Sequence record: KY499642.1
DNA: 64,000 nucleotides
Reading direction: 5' to 3' (one strand)
In this document: piece by piece, positions 1-9,791 of the stretch
Numbering within the stretch: the stretch's first letter is position 1
Layout of the letters: every line of letters starts with the position of its first letter
Translations under genes and position numbers: made by a program
The notes under the pieces: model-generated
Seen by the model: the letters and a program-made list of their open reading frames with translations, nothing else
What the model was told of the DNA's origin: nothing
Database searches by the model: none

Positions 1-35
1 AGGGAGCTTCGGCTCCCTCATTCATTTATTTTTTT
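1..35 (+). terminator. Intrinsic terminator
   Basis: AGGGAGC-TTCG-GCTCCCT hairpin followed by a T-rich tract; hairpin identical to 44593-44610. Confidence 0.85.
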
Positions 36-66
36 GTCGCGGTAAATCCTTTGGAGGACAAGTCTT

Positions 67-1614
67 ATGCCAAGTTACTTTTTCGAAATACCTGACGTCG
101 GGAGCACTATCCAAAAAGCGGTCACCGATAACGTCACTAAGAATGTTCTTGCCAACATGGGTGTGCCAGAAGCTGACGTCGTGTACGAAGGCGCTGAGTA
201 TGCTGAGCAGTCCCAATCGGGTTCTACCATTGGCGAGAAAAGAAAACAATCCTACGGAAGCTCTGACCGCATCGTAATCTCCGTAGAAGAACAACGCGAC
301 CCGTTATCACGTATTGAACGTGCACCGGGCTATAACCTAGAGGTACCGTTCTTCCATGACACCAATCATGGAGTAAAGCTAATCCCATCTATGGTGAAGT
401 ATGACGTCAACATCACTGTACGTCGCCGTGCTCCATCTAAAGCAGTTATCCAGAACTGGTGTAATGAGATTCAACGTAAGACCGATATGGGTCGTGATAT
501 GTTTGTCACACATGCTGACTTCTACTATCACATTCCAAACCCTGCATTGAATCTGTTGAAGTCTTGTTACGAGACACAGTACTGGGACTTACCGCAACCA
601 CCAGTAACGCTACAAGGATACTTCAAGAAGTTCTTCACTAACAATGTAACGGTAACGAATGCATTGGGTGGTCAAGGCGCTCGTTTTGCGGTACGTGTAT
701 CTGAACAACGCATTATTGGTATCTTTGATACTGAAGGGCCTAAGGAGCGCAAGGGTGATAAGTTTACTGCATGGGAATGTGAGTTTACCTTTAAGTTCAA
801 TTACCACCGTCCTGAGGCTGTAGAGGCAGTATTCCCTATCATCTTAAACAACACGCTTATTGAACGTGAATGGTGGTTAGATAATCTAGCGCCGGGTTTA
901 GTTGATATTGAAGATGCTGGAGTGGGTTCATTCGTAGCCGCAGCAGAACACATTGTGTCGCCACCTTATCTACGACTGCCTGTCTATATCCCTGAGTGTG
1001 ATAAGCCGAACTTGAAAATCCCGTCTGGTAATACAGGGGACATTCAGATTGGTGTGATTCATTTGGAGATGTCTGCAAGTGACACTAAACCGAACTTGCT
1101 GTTTAATTTAGGTGAGTTAGGTAATGAGGTGAAACTGAGTGATGACTTGTTGGATTACATCCGTGAGAGTTATTCAGAAGACCCTAACGGTCGCGACAGC
1201 ATTATTAAGATTTACGTCTTTGAAGATGACTACGTAGTGAATCCAGATAAGATTGCAATTGACCAATCGCTGAACATTTACTACAACAACATCATTCAGG
1301 TGCACAAAATCTATCGAGTGATTATTGTACTGGAACTAGACTGGTCGATTATCACTGACACAGGTTTTGATTTCATCCGTCGTTATCCTGATTTAGTGGA
1401 TACGATTAATGAAGAGTTCCGCCCTATCGTTAACAAGCAATACCCGATTGACAAAGAGCGTGACACTATCCCACCGGGTCACCTTGATGATATCATTAAG
1501 GAGATGGGGCAGTATGACGAACTTGCACACGGTCAGTATGGCGTGGGTGCTAAGTTGCGTGGTATGGTTACAGTGCACAATAACAGCATCATCGCTTACA
1601 GGAGAGATCTATGA
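67..1614 (+). CDS. phiKZ-like virion structural protein
   Basis: 515-aa ORF with GGAGG SD; size and position at the head of a four-gene block recall the phiKZ-like structural module upstream of DnaB/capsid. Confidence 0.55.
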   Translation: MPSYFFEIPDVGSTIQKAVTDNVTKNVLANMGVPEADVVYEGAEYAEQSQSGSTIGEKRKQSYGSSDRIVISVEEQRDPLSRIERAPGYNLEVPFFHDTNHGVKLIPSMVKYDVNITVRRRAPSKAVIQNWCNEIQRKTDMGRDMFVTHADFYYHIPNPALNLLKSCYETQYWDLPQPPVTLQGYFKKFFTNNVTVTNALGGQGARFAVRVSEQRIIGIFDTEGPKERKGDKFTAWECEFTFKFNYHRPEAVEAVFPIILNNTLIEREWWLDNLAPGLVDIEDAGVGSFVAAAEHIVSPPYLRLPVYIPECDKPNLKIPSGNTGDIQIGVIHLEMSASDTKPNLLFNLGELGNEVKLSDDLLDYIRESYSEDPNGRDSIIKIYVFEDDYVVNPDKIAIDQSLNIYYNNIIQVHKIYRVIIVLELDWSIITDTGFDFIRRYPDLVDTINEEFRPIVNKQYPIDKERDTIPPGHLDDIIKEMGQYDELAHGQYGVGAKLRGMVTVHNNSIIAYRRDL

Positions 1615-3014
1615 GTATCGGCGGTAAGAAACGTCGTGTCGAAGAGTCCGTAGCCGAGACAGAAAATGTCGGTTGGGAACAAGACCCGCATAACCCGTTA
1701 AACATTGACGGCGTGGTTGAGAACAAACCCGTCGTTACTAAAGTCCAAGAACGCCGCAGTGTTGTTGACAGTGAGTACACACCAATCACTCACCTCATTC
1801 TACACTCCAGTGGCGATATGTGGACTGTGGACTACTATCGTCAGCTCATCGGTCTTGACGATATGTTACGACCTCTCTCGTTCGATGTAGATATTGCAGA
1901 ACAGAACTACGAACTGATTAAAGGCTTTAAGCTTCGTGTGGATGACCCACTACAGCCTGAACAAGACACTGAAACAAAAGAGTTCAATGTTACAGGCTCT
2001 GGTGCAATCACTCACGGTATCGTGCCAAACACAGGCGACATGTTTGTTGCTGACATTGGTAATGGTAAGGCAGGTCTACTCGCAGTCACAAGCTCTGAGA
2101 AAGCAAGCTACACGAAAGACGCAGCCTACCTCATCCGTTGGGTGCTGGTCAGTGAAATGGATGATGAGAAGTGGGCTAATGAACTAGCACGCAAAGTCTC
2201 TAAGACGCTACACTACGTAGACGAACTGGCAGAGATGTACGATACGCCATTCATGACTGAGTCGGCGTTTAACACGTATGTTAGCCTAGCGCGTCAAGAT
2301 GAGCGTTTAATCGAATACTTCAAAGAGTTGTTCTGGTCTAAGGAAGTACACTCGATTCGAATGGCTGACCAAGATGAGAAAATCTATGATGGTTTCCATG
2401 CACGTTTCTGTCGTGACTTAGGTCTGACTGACGTGCGTCGTCCTATCAAGACTTACAGCTTAGGTCGTCTGGATGATGAAGATGTGAATACGTTGTGGGA
2501 TTTGTTCGATGAGATGGATACGTACCGTATGCCGATGTTACATCGTGACTTCGTCTTGAACATGTCAAAGTCCATGCCGGGTCTTCATGTCATGCGTACT
2601 ATCGCATGGTCGCCTTTTACATGGGCGTTAGTACCTGAGGGTGTGATTGATGATATCGATGGGGAAGTGGAATTCAGAGATGGATTACTGACTCCAGAAG
2701 TAGTATCAAACGGCAAAGGGCCTACGATGCTTCCAGAAGCTCTACGTGCGCGCTTTAACCTCGCAGAGAAGCCTTTGTATGACTTAGTGACGTTTAAGCC
2801 ATATGTGCTTTCTACAGCGTTCTATGATGGTAATCGTGCTGAGATGAATATCTTAGAGCAGATGCTTCACCGTGCTTTATGTAATGAAGTAGTGCCGCCA
2901 GAGGTAGTGGATGTACTGACACGTGAGCTGTTTACAGAACCGCGCCTGTCTATTTATTATTACACACCGTTAATTCTTGTGTTAATTCATTACTGTAAAC
3001 GCGGAGGTATTTAA
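1611..3014 (+). CDS. phiKZ-like virion structural protein (possibly baseplate-associated)
   Basis: 467 aa, ATGA overlap with upstream gene; PNTGDMFVADIG segment typical of phiKZ-like structural proteins from memory. Confidence 0.55.
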   Translation: MSIGGKKRRVEESVAETENVGWEQDPHNPLNIDGVVENKPVVTKVQERRSVVDSEYTPITHLILHSSGDMWTVDYYRQLIGLDDMLRPLSFDVDIAEQNYELIKGFKLRVDDPLQPEQDTETKEFNVTGSGAITHGIVPNTGDMFVADIGNGKAGLLAVTSSEKASYTKDAAYLIRWVLVSEMDDEKWANELARKVSKTLHYVDELAEMYDTPFMTESAFNTYVSLARQDERLIEYFKELFWSKEVHSIRMADQDEKIYDGFHARFCRDLGLTDVRRPIKTYSLGRLDDEDVNTLWDLFDEMDTYRMPMLHRDFVLNMSKSMPGLHVMRTIAWSPFTWALVPEGVIDDIDGEVEFRDGLLTPEVVSNGKGPTMLPEALRARFNLAEKPLYDLVTFKPYVLSTAFYDGNRAEMNILEQMLHRALCNEVVPPEVVDVLTRELFTEPRLSIYYYTPLILVLIHYCKRGGI

Positions 3015-3601
3015 TGGCAAAGGAACGATTCCTGCCAAAGCTGAAAGACCAAACTCCTGCATACAAGTTGTTCCACTGGCCTTACATGTGGATGTATGCA
3101 GAGAACGAAGACTTCGATGAAAACGATACTGAGTTCTTTGGTCGTCTGACTACAGGTAACACTGAGTTCGACATGAAGCTTGCAACGGCAAACAGTGAGC
3201 GTTATATCACTACGGCTAAAGCTGCCGAATTAGCTGGACGTGGGGTAGCAATGTATCTGAACAATCCGAAAGACTCCATTGTTATCTACAACCTCATCTG
3301 TGAGCACCTGCATAAATGGCATGAGCACTTAAGTCGTCCGGGTTCGTTTGGTCGTTATCGTGATGTTCCGTTAACGGGACTGAAAGAGTTTAACGACTTG
3401 GCGCGTAACCTTGCTGTAGTAGGTCGCCGACATGGTCTAGTTGAAAAGATGGACCCATACGAAGAAAACCGTAGACGTCGTGCTATCACATTGGGCTATG
3501 TGCCTGTGTTAGACCTTAAGAGTATGGTTCACTCGGATCAGGTCTATAACGAGATTGCTGCGATGTGTCGCCGTAATCGCAAAGAGAAGAGTCAACGATA
3601 A
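3014..3601 (+). CDS. Conserved phiKZ-like hypothetical protein
   Basis: 195 aa, TAATG coupling, GGAGG SD. Confidence 0.6.
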   Translation: MAKERFLPKLKDQTPAYKLFHWPYMWMYAENEDFDENDTEFFGRLTTGNTEFDMKLATANSERYITTAKAAELAGRGVAMYLNNPKDSIVIYNLICEHLHKWHEHLSRPGSFGRYRDVPLTGLKEFNDLARNLAVVGRRHGLVEKMDPYEENRRRRAITLGYVPVLDLKSMVHSDQVYNEIAAMCRRNRKEKSQR

Positions 3602-4920
3602 TGTCGATAGATGGATTTGATCTGGTGCTTAGGCAGCAGATAGAAGAATGTACGGGACTACCGCAGTCACGCTTTGATGCTGAGATTAGTATCGGGTCAT
3701 ATGTCATCAACCCAATGGCAGTTGTCGCGTTTACTCAGCGTCAGGCATACATGGAGAACATGTTCGAAGAATGTATGCTTAGTGTCGCCATCCAGCCCTC
3801 TGAGTATTCTGAGGGCGTCTTGGTAGGTCATGAGGACATTACTGTCAAATTGATAGAACGTCCTTATGAGGGCGGTACGCCACACGTTAAGATGTTCCGT
3901 GGTATTCTGGTTGATGTGAAAGATGAACAGATGGAAGCCAACCGAGCTGATATCTCAGAGACAGGTCTGCAAGATGCAATGTCTATCTCTATCATCACCT
4001 TCCAGTTAATTTCAGAAGCCGCATACGACTTGCGTTTACGTGAAGTCGCAGGTGGTCAAACTATCTTTGCTAATGCTACAGCACATGACGTGTTGAGATA
4101 CTTCCTAGTGAAGACTCGACTCTATGACCGCTATAGCAATAAGGAAAGTGTAGCAACGATTAACATTGATGAGCTGAAGTCAGACCGAGTGTATCGAGAA
4201 ATCAAACTGCCAGAGGGACATCCGTACTTAGGTATTGCAGACTACCTGCAAGACAACTACGGCATCTTCCCACAAGGTATGGGTTGTTTCCTCAAAGGGC
4301 AGGCGTGGTACGTCTTTGCACCCTTCGGATTGTCTAAAGCATCGACGGATGTCAGACGTCTAATATTGTTCAACGCACCGTCGGCACGTAACCGTTCCCT
4401 TGAGCGTAACTTTAAGGTTGAGGGTAACTCCATTACTGTAATCGCTACAGGTATGTCGAAACACACAAAGACGTCAGATGCCGATGCGCTTAATGGCGGC
4501 ACTGGTGTGCGTTATGCGTCGCTTAGTGCGATAGATGGTGCTGTTTCTACGGCAGACCCTGCTACAGACCCACTGAGAACGCCTCAGGACTACATGACGG
4601 AGTATCGCTCCAGTAACTATGCTAGTCCATACAACAAAACAACAACCGCTAAGGAACGCTTTACAGACAACCCGTTAAAGGCAGCCTCTGAACTGGCAGC
4701 CCGTGGTGGTGACTTGATTACCGTCACGTGGGAGAACGGTGTACTTGATCCTCTGGTTCCGGGAATGCCTGTGAAGTTCTATTACGGCAAAGCTGGTAAG
4801 GTAGAGTTAAGAGAAGGAACGTTAATTAATGCAGAGCGACTATCAACGATTCCACTATCGGGCATCATTGAACCGAGACACCAGTCTATGGTTCAGTTAA
4901 CTGTTTGGTTGAAACGTTAA
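3601..4920 (+). CDS. Virion structural protein, putative baseplate hub-like
   Basis: 439 aa; C-terminal VTWENG...LVPGMPVK resembles hub/late-D C-termini; synteny. Confidence 0.45.
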   Translation: MSIDGFDLVLRQQIEECTGLPQSRFDAEISIGSYVINPMAVVAFTQRQAYMENMFEECMLSVAIQPSEYSEGVLVGHEDITVKLIERPYEGGTPHVKMFRGILVDVKDEQMEANRADISETGLQDAMSISIITFQLISEAAYDLRLREVAGGQTIFANATAHDVLRYFLVKTRLYDRYSNKESVATINIDELKSDRVYREIKLPEGHPYLGIADYLQDNYGIFPQGMGCFLKGQAWYVFAPFGLSKASTDVRRLILFNAPSARNRSLERNFKVEGNSITVIATGMSKHTKTSDADALNGGTGVRYASLSAIDGAVSTADPATDPLRTPQDYMTEYRSSNYASPYNKTTTAKERFTDNPLKAASELAARGGDLITVTWENGVLDPLVPGMPVKFYYGKAGKVELREGTLINAERLSTIPLSGIIEPRHQSMVQLTVWLKR

Positions 4921-4980
4921 TGGTATTTTTTCAGTAGTTGGTATATGGTCTGAACGAATAGAACCAACAAGGGTATTGAA

Positions 4981-5811
4981 ATGGCTAAGAAAAAGCAATC
5001 GGTTGTACTGACAGAACTTGACCTGAATATGTTCAGTGAGCAACTACGTAACAGCATCAATGCATATTTACCAGAAGAGTCACAACTGACTGGTAAAGAA
5101 ATCATTGCAGTTGGTCCGGGTCAGAAACTGTTAGAAGTACGTACTCCAAATCCTGAACTGGGTGATGCAGGCGTATACAACCCTGAGCTTATCGATGAGT
5201 TCAAACATGACCACATCAAGCTTACTGACAAAGACCAGATTAAGCACGTGTGTGGTTACATCACGTTCGCTAAAATCCTGCGTACGGCATTGTCTACGTT
5301 TAGCTGGCAATTCATTGAATGGATGCTGGTTAACTACGGCCCTGCATTTAACGAAGGTGAACTCCAACTCGGTGAAGAGCTATCCGAAGACTTCGTTCTG
5401 GATAACTCAGGTAAGGAAGGCATGATTGGTATCCGTCGTGAGTTCCTAACTCGTTGGGTTGAGAAAGGTGTGGTTTGTAAGGGCGATGTTGCAATTCGTG
5501 AAGAACTGCGTCCTGTTGACCCTGAAGATAAGAAGCGTACTAAGCTACCAATTAACTACCCGATGTTGATTGTTGGTCAGGTAATCTTCTTCAACCAAAC
5601 TGTACCGACTCCGTACATGACCATTGGTCGTGCACATCCTGAAGATGAACTAGCGCCAGTATCTGTTGGTGCGATTATCTACGAAAGCCTAGGCTTAGCA
5701 GAAGTTGATCAGAAAGGTCCAGAAGCGGTATTCACTTATGGTGGTATACATTACCATGCTGACCCTTTAGGCGTACGTGAATTGGAACACGCGAGCAAGT
5801 CGTTCCATTAA
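4981..5811 (+). CDS. Hypothetical protein
   Basis: 276-aa ORF with phage-like codon usage. Confidence 0.7.
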   Translation: MAKKKQSVVLTELDLNMFSEQLRNSINAYLPEESQLTGKEIIAVGPGQKLLEVRTPNPELGDAGVYNPELIDEFKHDHIKLTDKDQIKHVCGYITFAKILRTALSTFSWQFIEWMLVNYGPAFNEGELQLGEELSEDFVLDNSGKEGMIGIRREFLTRWVEKGVVCKGDVAIREELRPVDPEDKKRTKLPINYPMLIVGQVIFFNQTVPTPYMTIGRAHPEDELAPVSVGAIIYESLGLAEVDQKGPEAVFTYGGIHYHADPLGVRELEHASKSFH

Positions 5812-5932
5812 ATATTAACAAAGGTCACTATTATATGTAGATGATGTTCTACGATTGACGTGACTTGGAATTCTCTTGGGTTTGCCACACTTTAAGAGAA
5901 GCTTCCTTTTATTATCTTTAATAGATGTAAAT

Positions 5933-5968
5933 AGCAGTATGGGGGAAATCCCCATACTGTTCTTTTTT
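5933..5968 (+). terminator. Intrinsic terminator
   Basis: AGCAGTATGGGG-GAAA-TCCCCATACTGTT then CTTTTTT. Confidence 0.85.
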
Positions 5969-5992
5969 GTGTCTGTACGTTTTGTGTACAGT

Positions 5993-6024
5993 AAAAAATT
6001 TTACAGATATATATCATCTAAGTG
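5993..6024 (+). promoter_or_regulatory. Phage promoter-like motif, class A (probably early)
   Basis: AAAAAATTTTAC-AGATATATATCAT-CTA-AGTG; 8 copies in window, all intergenic, same orientation. Confidence 0.75.
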
Positions 6025-6060
6025 GAGTTCCAATCAAAACCTTTATAATTGGAGTTAATA

Positions 6061-6519
6061 ATGAGTGACGAAGTTGTAAAAAGAAGTTATCCTGAACGCG
6101 AGTTAACCGTATCTGATATGGTTCGCATTATGGCAACCCTACGTTCATCCGAACTAACCTTACCTGCTATGTTGACTATGACGATTGTCAACGAGAACGC
6201 GTCAGCACGCTTCCCAATGGTTTACGCTGGAGAGATTGAATGCGTCTACCGTTCAATCATCGCGAACAAAGAACATATCTTAAACACGGTGATTGCAGCA
6301 TTGCCAGAGGACACGAACGATTGGTCCTACTCTGCAATCTCACGACACTTACGTGTGTTGGCTAAGAAGGGTTTCCTGAATAGACAACGTGATGGACGTT
6401 ATGTAGGTTACGGGATGACTGACCAAGGCGTAGAACTCTTAGTTAAACTATTTGGCCCACAAATGGAACTAAGTCCGAAAAAGAACAAAGCAAAGAAAAC
6501 TAAGAAAGAGGAGAAGTAA
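6061..6519 (+). CDS. Winged helix-turn-helix (ArsR/MarR-like) DNA-binding protein
   Basis: SYSAISRHLRVLAKKGFLNRQRDGRYVGYGMTDQG matches wHTH recognition helix and wing; start moved to the ATG after the GGAG SD. Confidence 0.75.
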   Translation: MSDEVVKRSYPERELTVSDMVRIMATLRSSELTLPAMLTMTIVNENASARFPMVYAGEIECVYRSIIANKEHILNTVIAALPEDTNDWSYSAISRHLRVLAKKGFLNRQRDGRYVGYGMTDQGVELLVKLFGPQMELSPKKNKAKKTKKEEK

Positions 6520-6520
6520 A

Positions 6521-6961
6521 ATGCTTTACACTGTAAAAGGCGATACCCTATCTAAAACAACTGGTGGCGAAACATTCCACATGCCTGTGAACTTCCTAGC
6601 GCATCTGGAAGACACTCAGGTAACAGGGCAGTACGTTCTGTTAGGTGGTGTGCCTATCGAGAACGTAGTCATCTCTAAGTACGATGAGCGTTGTCAAGAG
6701 CAAGAGACGTACGATGCGTTCGCTAACCAAGTTGCTAACAAGCAACGCAACATGAACGAGTATGTCGTAGTACAAGGTTGTAATGACCTAGACGCATCAG
6801 TGTGTCAGTTATTCGCAGACCAATGTGTTATCCTGCTAGCACGTATGCGTGTGGTGCTAAATAACCGCCGTATGTCTGAAGCTGGTAAATCAATGGAAGT
6901 AGAAAATCTGTACATTGAACTACGCGAAGTGGTAAGAACATGTAAAGCTCTAATCAAATAA
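6521..6961 (+). CDS. Hypothetical protein
   Basis: 146 aa, GAGGAG SD. Confidence 0.75.
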   Translation: MLYTVKGDTLSKTTGGETFHMPVNFLAHLEDTQVTGQYVLLGGVPIENVVISKYDERCQEQETYDAFANQVANKQRNMNEYVVVQGCNDLDASVCQLFADQCVILLARMRVVLNNRRMSEAGKSMEVENLYIELREVVRTCKALIK

Positions 6962-6988
6962 CAACAAACTTTTAATGGGAGATAATAA

Positions 6989-7543
6989 ATGAAATATGTA
7001 CGTGGTTATGTGGTTCGTATGCACGGTCCATTCTTAGCAAAAGAGAAGTTCGAAGGTTTCGTTAAAGAAGTATTCGAGCATGAAGACCATTACATCATCC
7101 AAGGTGTACGTCTGGACAAAGAACAAATCGAACACGTAGCTGAAGTGTCAGTTAAGTCTGAGTCGCTAGATATGCCAGCTCTAGTTGGGGCTGTTAAGCG
7201 TAAGCGTACTCGTAAGGCTAAACAGAAAGAAATCGTTAAGGACGAGCATGACGAACGCTTTGAGTTCATCAAGGGTAAGTGGTCAGGTGTGCTGGCTGAG
7301 GCTCTTAAAGATGCTAAACGCTACAAGCGTATGGTATCTCCAATTATGCTTGAACTTCATGATGAAGCTATCAAGGATATCGAAGAGTCGATGCGATTTG
7401 CAACAGTGGCTGAGAGTCCATCCCAGAAATACGATTGTTGTGAACGACTATTCAGTCAATTCGTTAGTACGATTTATGAAGTTGATAAATCGCCTACAGA
7501 AAAGCAAATGGTAAAACAGTTCGCTAAGACCTTCGGGTCTTAG
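6989..7543 (+). CDS. Hypothetical protein
   Basis: 184 aa, GGGAGATAA SD. Confidence 0.75.
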   Translation: MKYVRGYVVRMHGPFLAKEKFEGFVKEVFEHEDHYIIQGVRLDKEQIEHVAEVSVKSESLDMPALVGAVKRKRTRKAKQKEIVKDEHDERFEFIKGKWSGVLAEALKDAKRYKRMVSPIMLELHDEAIKDIEESMRFATVAESPSQKYDCCERLFSQFVSTIYEVDKSPTEKQMVKQFAKTFGS

Positions 7544-7560
7544 TAGACATAACGGCATAA

Positions 7561-7606
7561 GCAGGTAGTGGATTTCTCCACTACCTGTATGCTCTTATTT
7601 TTTTTT
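7561..7606 (+). terminator. Intrinsic terminator between convergent genes
   Basis: GCAGGTAGTGGA-TTTC-TCCACTACCTGT plus T run; lies between a + gene and dnaB (-). Confidence 0.8.
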
Positions 7607-7610
7607 GTCT

Positions 7611-9137
7611 TTAGAAACCATCTAGACCGAATAGGTCGTCAGTCTCACCTGCAAGCGCGGCTGCGTTTACAGACTTAAGACTCAGGTCAACGTCCAAGTC
7701 AAAGTCCCATGGAAGGATGCCTGTGTCATTGAACTGTAGTACACGGTAGCGGTGTGCCATTGGTGTATCTACAAGCGTACGGTGCTTACCACGCTGTACT
7801 TCCAAGAATGAGTGCTCACCCATCTCAGTAATACCGAAGTACAATTCACCATCTGCTTCGTTATCGACAGTTGTACAACCATCGTAGTAACCTTTACCCG
7901 GAAGTTGACGAACGTACTTAGCAGGGTCAATTGCTTTTAGTTCTTTTGCTTTAGGGGAAAGCTGATGTGGTGCTAGAACTGCACACTTACGTGGCGAAGT
8001 GATGTTACGAACGATACGGTAAAGCTCACGAACATCAGAACCCGTTGCTCCTGTACCCAAACCCGCACGGTTGATTGTACCTAAGTAGTCAGGACGTAGA
8101 ACAACAACATGGTAGCCTAATGACTCGTAGTAAGCGAAACGTTCACGTAGCATAGCCGGAGTAAAGTCTGAGTTAATGTGGCGTTCAAACTTATATGTCC
8201 AACCGCGTTCAGCGAGTTTCTGACAAACGTACTTAGTTGCAGTCTTAGGATCGATGTCTTTAACGTTAGCAGGTTTCTTTTCGAAGTGGTCATGGATAGC
8301 CTTGTATGCAATCGGCATGTTCACTTCCAGTTCGTTCTCAAATGACAAGTCTAGCATCAGTGGCTTCTTGCCCTCAGGAACAAACATGTCAGGGTCATTG
8401 AACAGACCAAGACTTAAGAACGTCATTAGAGAGAACAACGTCTTAGCATTGTGTGGTAGTGCAGGCATTAGCCATAGCTCGCCCGGAACAATACCATCGT
8501 TGATACCCATCATGCGGTTGATGCCTTTCCAACCTGTCTTAAGTGTGGCACCTGCTAATTGCTTCTTGGTGTTCTCGAAGATGTTCTCCATTTCATCTGG
8601 AGTGTCAGTACCAACAGAAGCAACCAGAGTAGAACTTTTACCGTCAAGAGAGTTACGTGTAACTCGCGCTAACTCGTCTGATAATTTGGCAGCAATGTCA
8701 CGAAGGTTTGCGTCGCCTTCACGGTTGATACTATAAGAGGCCGTAGAGATGATCTTTCTTAGCTCTGAGCCGTTAATATAATGTTGCAAATGTGAGATGT
8801 TCGAAGAGATAGCATTCTTGATTTCATTGTCAGTTTCATACTTAACGTCGAACGCCTCTTTGACGCTTTCGTAGAAATGAGTGTCTAGTGAGCAATACAC
8901 GCGTATCTTTTGTAAGACAGTGTGATGGTCAAATTCTAGGTCGCCATTTGCCAAATCAACAACAAGAGTTTTAACTCCAGTTATTGCAGCATGGCCGTCG
9001 CCGTCCGATACGAAGTCGGGTGTGCGAATGTGTGTAGCTGTTTTCTTGATTAGGTTAGCGTAACTACCTTGCTCTCCAAGTTTCTTTTCAAGTAACAACA
9101 AAGTAAGACAGTTAACTAGTGCGATTTTCTCTTCCAT
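7611..9137 (-). CDS. dnaB: DnaB-like replicative helicase (phiKZ gp118-like)
   Basis: LKTGWKGINRM, variant Walker A PALPHNAKT, SFENE catalytic Glu, Walker B LRPDY, HQLS, EADGELY, RGKHR arginine finger; position next to capsid gene. Confidence 0.9.
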   Translation of the reverse strand: MEEKIALVNCLTLLLLEKKLGEQGSYANLIKKTATHIRTPDFVSDGDGHAAITGVKTLVVDLANGDLEFDHHTVLQKIRVYCSLDTHFYESVKEAFDVKYETDNEIKNAISSNISHLQHYINGSELRKIISTASYSINREGDANLRDIAAKLSDELARVTRNSLDGKSSTLVASVGTDTPDEMENIFENTKKQLAGATLKTGWKGINRMMGINDGIVPGELWLMPALPHNAKTLFSLMTFLSLGLFNDPDMFVPEGKKPLMLDLSFENELEVNMPIAYKAIHDHFEKKPANVKDIDPKTATKYVCQKLAERGWTYKFERHINSDFTPAMLRERFAYYESLGYHVVVLRPDYLGTINRAGLGTGATGSDVRELYRIVRNITSPRKCAVLAPHQLSPKAKELKAIDPAKYVRQLPGKGYYDGCTTVDNEADGELYFGITEMGEHSFLEVQRGKHRTLVDTPMAHRYRVLQFNDTGILPWDFDLDVDLSLKSVNAAALAGETDDLFGLDGF

Positions 9138-9156
9138 TATCTCAACCTATTAGGGA

Positions 9157-9729
9157 ATGCTTTATATGGCTAAATTACTATTCGTTCCAGCATGGCTTGC
9201 GGACGACTTGTCTGAAAGTGGACAATCGCTGGAAACGTTAAAGGATGACTTTAAGTCTGCTATAGTATCGAACATTGACGTAATTAATTATCATAAATCC
9301 CAATGGCAATTCTTCAAATTGCTTGCAGGTAAAGAATATTCTGCGGATTGCATGTATTCTATGTACCAGAATGTGTTCATGCATCAACTACCAGATATGC
9401 CGGAAATGGAACTGTTTCTAAAACAGGACGATTCAAAGGCTATTATCTGGGATGATATGGCAGCAGGTTCTGGCACACAAGACCGATTACGTTTCCGTAT
9501 CAAGCCTAGCCTTGACGGTACAGTGATCTATATTATAGGGGAAAATGTAGATCGTGGTCACCCATGCGAAACAGTGTGCGCAGAACCGTACGCAATTGTT
9601 TGTAGCATACTAAAGGAACAACACAACGGTGTCCGTATCGAAGGCAGAGGCTTAGATAAATCCGCTGTGTTTCGTGAGTCCCCATTCCTCGCCCAATTGT
9701 ATGTAAATTTAAACAAGTCATTTTGTTGA
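9157..9729 (+). CDS. Conserved hypothetical protein between dnaB and capsid gene
   Basis: 190 aa (start may be 9166); synteny with phiKZ-like phages. Confidence 0.6.
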   Translation: MLYMAKLLFVPAWLADDLSESGQSLETLKDDFKSAIVSNIDVINYHKSQWQFFKLLAGKEYSADCMYSMYQNVFMHQLPDMPEMELFLKQDDSKAIIWDDMAAGSGTQDRLRFRIKPSLDGTVIYIIGENVDRGHPCETVCAEPYAIVCSILKEQHNGVRIEGRGLDKSAVFRESPFLAQLYVNLNKSFC

Positions 9730-9791
9730 GGCGTCGCTAGCAGCGCTTAAACATGAACACAATACTTAATTAAGTAGAAAGGAAGACCGTA

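Noticed and set aside
5876-6058. 60-aa ORF in the track
   Set aside because: Runs across a terminator and promoter motif; TTG start without SD
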